Shown here: positions 57,391 to 64,000 of the stretch, piece by piece | Position numbering within the stretch: the first letter of the stretch is position 1 | Layout: each line of letters begins with the position of its first letter | DNA from: Candidatus Latescibacterota bacterium | GTDB lineage: Bacteria; Latescibacterota; UBA2968; UBA8231 | DNA: 64,000 bases | Direction of reading: 5' to 3' | Assembly: GCA_965261395.1 (NCBI GenBank) | Contig: OZ253462.1 | Coordinates: 128,001 to 192,000, forward strand | Notes under the pieces: model-generated | Database searches by the model: none | What the model saw: the letters and a program-made list of their open reading frames with translations, nothing else | What the model was told of the DNA's origin: nothing | Position numbers and translations under genes: made by a program

Positions 57391-57656
57391 TGTCCACCCC
57401 AAAGAAGATTTCAATCACCGTAGTCGTCAACGGCCAGCCAACTGTGGTCGATGCCAGCCAAGATGAACCCCTCGGTACGATTATTCCTGATGCGTTGCGT
57501 CAGACAGAGAACTCGGGCCAGCCACCAGAGAATTGGGAGCTCCGCGGTGCCGATGGGACGCTTCTTGACCTAGACAAGAAGATCGAGGACTACGGCTTCC
57601 CATCCAAGGTCCGCCTGTTCCTGAATCTCAAGGCGGGGGTTGGAGGCCATGGTTAA
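57390..57656 (+). CDS. bilA: Ubiquitin-like protein (DUF2604-like), Bil system
   Basis: Beta-grasp-like sequence, GQPPENWELR, LFLNLKAGVGG-HG C-terminus. Confidence 0.85.
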   Translation: MSTPKKISITVVVNGQPTVVDASQDEPLGTIIPDALRQTENSGQPPENWELRGADGTLLDLDKKIEDYGFPSKVRLFLNLKAGVGGHG

Positions 57657-58254
57657 CGCGACCGAACAGCATGTAGACCCCGAGGTATCCCGTACCAAGT
57701 TCGATCGCGAGATTACCGAGTACCTTTCCCTTGAGGCTGACTACCGCGCCCGGGGCTGGTTTCTTGTGAAGGCGGACTGGCCTGTGGCAGTCGTTGTTCT
57801 GGCCTCGAATAAGACCAGCCCGCCGGCGATTGTGACCGCCGTCCAGTTCGACTATACGAACTATGACGCCGAGCCGCCCTCAGTTCGCATGACTGATCCG
57901 TTCTCCGGCCGATTTCTTCTAAGCAAGGAGCTCCCCACCCGCCTCCTTCGCGCGATCCCCGGACCGGAGATGCCCCTACCGAACGGCACCAAGGTGCAGC
58001 AGGTATCGGTGCAGGAGCTGATGCAGGCTCACTCTCCGGAAGACCAACCCTTCCTCTGCGTAGCCGGGGTCAAGGAATATCACGACCACCCTGGCCATTC
58101 CGGTGACCAGTGGGAAATACACCGGTCCGCTGGCGAAGGTCGGATGGTTCGCCTGTTGGAGGTGATTTCCAAGTACGGCCTCGAACCGGTGCAGGGGTTC
58201 AACGTCAACCTCGTACCGCAAGTTACCTTCACTGTCTCGGAGCCTCCCCAGTGA
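57649..58254 (+). CDS. bilB: E2-like conjugating enzyme, Bil system
   Basis: DYTNYDAEPPSV, FLCVAGVKEYHDHPGH; position between Ubl and JAB genes. Confidence 0.8.
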   Translation: MVNATEQHVDPEVSRTKFDREITEYLSLEADYRARGWFLVKADWPVAVVVLASNKTSPPAIVTAVQFDYTNYDAEPPSVRMTDPFSGRFLLSKELPTRLLRAIPGPEMPLPNGTKVQQVSVQELMQAHSPEDQPFLCVAGVKEYHDHPGHSGDQWEIHRSAGEGRMVRLLEVISKYGLEPVQGFNVNLVPQVTFTVSEPPQ

Positions 58255-58742
58255 CCCTACGAGGCGTGCGGCGTTTTCGAATCCAGGCGAGTGCCATACG
58301 CGAAACCATGGAGGCGATTCGGTCTGCAGGACAGGATGGCTACGAGTTGTTCGTAGTATGGTCGGGTACGCGTGATGACGACATCTTCACCGTCGCCAAG
58401 GTGCATATCCCTAAACAAACCTCCTACAAACTCGATGCCGGACTCTGCGTACGAGTTGACGGTCCTGAGCTCCATCGCTTGAACATGTGGCTCTACGAGG
58501 CACAGCAGGCCATAGGAGTGCAGGTCCACGGTCATCCAGCCGATGCCTATCACTCGGAAACCGACGACACCTACCCGATCGCCACAATGCACGGAAGCCT
58601 ATCCATCGTCCTTCCCTTCTTCGGCCACGACGGCTGGGAGTCAAGTGATATCGCGGCCTATCGTCTCGGGCAAGACGGATGGGTCGAACTAACCGGCCCC
58701 TTGAGTGACCTGATAGAGGTTGTTGACAATGGCGTTAGCTGA
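58251..58742 (+). CDS. bilC: JAB/MPN metallopeptidase, Bil system
   Basis: N-terminal GYE, QVHGHPADAYHSETDD (HxH-X7-S-X2-D-like); GTG start overlaps the E2 stop. Confidence 0.88.
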   Translation: MTLRGVRRFRIQASAIRETMEAIRSAGQDGYELFVVWSGTRDDDIFTVAKVHIPKQTSYKLDAGLCVRVDGPELHRLNMWLYEAQQAIGVQVHGHPADAYHSETDDTYPIATMHGSLSIVLPFFGHDGWESSDIAAYRLGQDGWVELTGPLSDLIEVVDNGVS

Positions 58743-60234
58743 CTATTTCCCTCGCGACGCGGTCGCCATCTCGCAAGTGCTCCAGGGGTTTCAACGCGAC
58801 GCCTTCATCGAAAAGCTCGAGGGTGTCCGAGTGGCAATCGCCTTCGGCGAGGAGGCGGCTACCAGCCGCGACGGGCGCGAACTCCTTGATCTCTCTGTCA
58901 GGCTAGCGGCTCGCTTGTACCCGAGCCTGACGTTTGCCACCGTTCCTGCCGGAGATCGGTTCGCCGATGAACTGATGGCGTTGGCCAGTAGCATCAACCC
59001 TAACATCGAAGCGTCTAAGACGGGTACTGCTAATGTTGGTCTCTCGATCGGCGGGGATGCACCGGCCCTAAACGCACCAACCGTATATGCTGGCTGCGAT
59101 GGCTGGCTGGCCAAGGTGGGAACTGAGGGCCCATACATGACCAGCGACCTAGGGAACCCCTTTGGAGCCGGCTTCGCCGCCTGCTTGGCGGCAGCCAACT
59201 TGTTTCGCTTCCTCTTCCTCCCCAACGGCACAACTTTGCTGGATACCGACATTAGTTTCCCTCCCGACGACGCCTCTTTCCCCAGTCTTGCGGCGTCCAC
59301 ACTGGCGGATCCCCTGGTGTTGGTCGGCGTTGGGGCGGTCGGCAACAGTGCCTCCTGGGCCCTATCGCGTACGCCGCTCACCGGCCAGATTTACCTAGTC
59401 GATCCACAAGTCGTCGAACTTAGCAATCTCCAGCGCTACGTTCTTGGTGCACGGAGCGACGAAGGCGGCATCAAAGTTGATGTCGCTGCGAAGGAGTTTC
59501 GCGCCGCGCTACAGGCGCTTTCTCATCATGGAACATGGGCTTCCTTCCTCTGCGCCAATGGCTACAAGTGGGAACGCGTTCTAGTTGCCCTCGACTCCGC
59601 CCATGACAGGCGAGCCGTACAAGGGAGCCTGCCACGTTGGATCGCTAACGCATGGACCCAAATAGGCGATCTCGGCGTGTCCTCTCACTCTTTCTTGGGT
59701 CAAGACGCCTGTCTTGCCTGCCTTTACTTGCCAACCGAGAAATCCAAGAGCGAAGACCAGATCGTCGCTGAAGGCCTTAAGATCCCTCAATTCCAGGATC
59801 CGGTTCGCTTTCTGCTCGGAAGCGGGCAGGCGACCGGCAAGGAGCTCTGTGACGCGGTTGCTGCCGCTTGGGGCATCCCGGCCGAGACACTGGAGCCTTA
59901 TATAGGTAGGTCGATACGTGAACTTTGGGTGGAGGGCATCTGTGGCGGCGGTATCATTCCTCTCGGAGAAGCCGGACCTACTCCGGGAGACCGGCAAGTT
60001 CCGCTTGCTTTCCAATCGGCTCTTGCCGGTATGCTGCTGGCCGCGGAAACGGTACGCGACGTGTTGACCGACGGTGCTCAACGCAAGACCCTCATGCGCC
60101 GGCTTGATGTCTTGCGCCCCTTAGGCGATCCTTCACCCCAACCGGCGCTCAAGGCCGGAACGGGTAGCTGTATCTGTGAGGATCGCGATTTTATTACTAC
60201 CTATCGAACAAAGTATGGAGCAGAAACTGGCTGA
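58729..60234 (+). CDS. bilD: E1-like ThiF enzyme with N-terminal inactive-like domain, Bil system
   Basis: GVGAVG, DPQVVELSNLQRY, ALDS, CLAC, candidate catalytic ICGG, C-terminal CIC. Confidence 0.88.
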   Translation: MALADYFPRDAVAISQVLQGFQRDAFIEKLEGVRVAIAFGEEAATSRDGRELLDLSVRLAARLYPSLTFATVPAGDRFADELMALASSINPNIEASKTGTANVGLSIGGDAPALNAPTVYAGCDGWLAKVGTEGPYMTSDLGNPFGAGFAACLAAANLFRFLFLPNGTTLLDTDISFPPDDASFPSLAASTLADPLVLVGVGAVGNSASWALSRTPLTGQIYLVDPQVVELSNLQRYVLGARSDEGGIKVDVAAKEFRAALQALSHHGTWASFLCANGYKWERVLVALDSAHDRRAVQGSLPRWIANAWTQIGDLGVSSHSFLGQDACLACLYLPTEKSKSEDQIVAEGLKIPQFQDPVRFLLGSGQATGKELCDAVAAAWGIPAETLEPYIGRSIRELWVEGICGGGIIPLGEAGPTPGDRQVPLAFQSALAGMLLAAETVRDVLTDGAQRKTLMRRLDVLRPLGDPSPQPALKAGTGSCICEDRDFITTYRTKYGAETG

Positions 60235-60289
60235 CTTTGATGGCTGATTGGAGCGGGTTAGCTGATCGACCCGCTCTAGGCATCGAGTC

Positions 60290-60622
60290 CTACGCCTCAA
60301 CAAGCCAATCCTCACACGGTTTATACCCTTCATTCACCGCATCCTGATAGTAAGATGTGAGGCCAGAGACGGCCCTATTAAGGGCATGCGCAGGATCATC
60401 GGCGCACGGAAGGCTGGTCCGGTAGGCATCCACCTGCCTAGGCGTATGAATCACATGGCTGACCTCAAAGGTTGTCTTTTCGCTGCTCATAAATCTACAA
60501 AGTCTTATGGTGATGTGAGTCTTAAGATCTCCAAGCCGGATGACGAACCTTCCTAGGTCATCATCTCGTTCAAGTACGGTGATGAGATCCTGGTCCAAGA
60601 CGTTATCAAAGGTGTAAGGCAT
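60290..60622 (-). CDS. Hypothetical protein (110 aa)
   Basis: GAGGAGGAG RBS; convergent with the Bil operon. Confidence 0.75.
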   Translation of the reverse strand: MPYTFDNVLDQDLITVLERDDDLGRFVIRLGDLKTHITIRLCRFMSSEKTTFEVSHVIHTPRQVDAYRTSLPCADDPAHALNRAVSGLTSYYQDAVNEGYKPCEDWLVEA

Positions 60623-60936
60623 CGAACTCCTCCTCTGTGAGTTGGTTTAACTTCTCTATGTGCCGGGCCAAGGGAGGAACGTCCGTGCTGACTTCGACCC
60701 CTCCCTTTGGATGGCCCGGCAACTCTTCTCAATCCTGCTTCGTTGGTGGCTAGGGGCCTACTACCGGCTTGAGTAAGGGCTTTGTTTTTGTGACGGTCAC
60801 CGTTAGATCCTCAAAGGCGACTTCTTGGTTGCCACCAACAAAGACACCTACACTCCCTCCATAAGCAGTAAAACCCCGCCAATACCGACTATTCCAAACA
60901 TAGCGTCTGCACTGGCATCTTTTCCTAAATAGAAAT

Positions 60937-61210
60937 GTATAGAAAAAATAAGGCACCGATATCGGTACTATGCAATTCGCTGAAAACGTACGCAAGGGGT
61001 CAGCAGGGTCCCTGATGAGTCGCTTGGTCGTCGCACCGAATCGTTCGGGAATGCTCAGAGCACCGTTGTAAAGGATTTCGGCGCGTTTCAGGGGTCAACC
61101 TAGTACTTCCCCCCGTCCTCCGTAGCAGCGCTACTGCGGAGGGTGGACGCCCGAACCTGCGCCATTACCCGAGCCAGATTCCCCTTGCTTGGAAACGAGA
61201 GAACGCCCTT
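60937..61210. repeat. Dispersed repeat, fullest copy (~270 bp); candidate non-autonomous IS91-like element
   Basis: Contains the oriIS-like end, the left module and the palindromic right module seen separately elsewhere. Confidence 0.85.
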
Positions 61211-61222
61211 TATTATTTCTAA

Positions 61223-63415
<2,193 letters not shown>

Positions 63416-63460
63416 TCTCAGCGGGGTGCTCGGTAACGGTGGTCTCCGGTGCATCTGAGG

Positions 63461-63511
63461 GCCGCCTTGTGACTCCGTCGATGATGCCCGCCGACGGAGT
63501 CGCAAGGTGGC
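63461..63511 (+). terminator. 20-bp stem-loop downstream of katG
   Basis: GCCGCCTTGTGACTCCGTCG / CGACGGAGTCGCAAGGTGGC with two G-U pairs; no clear U-tract. Confidence 0.5.
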
Positions 63512-63585
63512 AACCCAAGGCAAAACAACCGGATACGACGCGAAATTCTTTGGCGGCCCCAAGGTCGCGCTCTTCGAGTCCCACT

Positions 63586-64000
63586 ATGGCCCATCGTCCT
63601 CGCATCCTCTTCCTCGCCCGCCGCTACCCGCCCACCATCGGTGGCATCCAGACCCACTGTCACGCGCTCTATACCCGACTGGCCAACCAAGCCCAAGTCC
63701 GTCTCGTCGCGCTGGGCCGCCAATCGCTTCTGCATCTAACTTGGTTCCTCCCCTATTGCTTCGCTGTCGCCTTTTGGGCCGTGCTCGGCCGCCGCGTCGA
63801 TGCCGTGTACTTCGCCGACGGGGTCGCCGCGTCGTTGGCTCCACTCCTGCGTCCTTTGGGTCCGGCGCGATTCGTCACCACCGTCTATGGCCTCGAAATG
63901 ACCTACAAAAATCCCCTCGCGCGCGCGCTGATGCACTGGGGAGTCCGCGCCTGCGACAAGGTCGTCGTCATCAGCGAACACAGCCGCCGCATTACCGCTG
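63586..64000 (+). CDS. Glycosyltransferase family 4, N-terminal part (runs off window)
   Basis: Not in ORF track: MAHRPRILFLARRYPPTIGGIQTH...TVYGLE...DKVVVISEHSR. Confidence 0.8.
   Translation, partial: MAHRPRILFLARRYPPTIGGIQTHCHALYTRLANQAQVRLVALGRQSLLHLTWFLPYCFAVAFWAVLGRRVDAVYFADGVAASLAPLLRPLGPARFVTTVYGLEMTYKNPLARALMHWGVRACDKVVVISEHSRRITA

Noticed and set aside
57390-60234. CBASS/Pycsar Cap2-Cap3, or a sulfur-transfer (ThiS/ThiF) operon
   Set aside because: No cyclase or effector gene; separate Ubl, E2 and JAB genes fit Bil instead.
61005-61050. CTGATGA in the dispersed repeat as a hammerhead ribozyme core
   Set aside because: No convincing stem II, and no correctly placed GAAA (GAAT or absent in the copies).
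47017-61210. Dispersed repeats as integron attC sites
   Set aside because: No RYYYAAC/GTTRRRY core sites, no intI, and cargo is multi-gene in both orientations.

Overview
GC-rich bacterial chromosome window; the FlgD-Ig-capped secreted proteins suggest an FCB-group (Latescibacterota-like) host, which is an inference. The first ~41 kb is core-like. It holds the ftsK 5' end, tsaD, moaDE, two large secreted Ig/cohesin/dockerin-like proteins behind a perfect sigma70 promoter, a YfhO-like and a GT4 glycosyltransferase, hisGDB, rdgB, an ABC exporter pair, guaB and a phosphonate catabolism cluster (phnA, phnY, two accessory oxidoreductases). It also holds two selenoprotein genes that the ORF track missed or truncated (an Rdx/SelW-like CxxU protein and Sec-containing SelD) and an unannotated 51-aa cationic ORF. 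From ~41.0 to ~63.5 kb is a mosaic accessory region. It carries unknown enzymes, an AT-rich patch, an IS91/ISCR-like transposase remnant and five dispersed pieces of a ~270-bp repeat with an oriIS-like end. It also carries an ApeA-like HEPN gene, a protein with two HEPN-like motifs, a frameshifted PQQ dehydrogenase, a complete bacterial ubiquitination (Bil-type) operon with CapH/CapP-like regulators and a duplicated candidate operator, and katG. No rRNA, intact tRNA or CRISPR array was seen. Family names are from motif recognition, not database searches.
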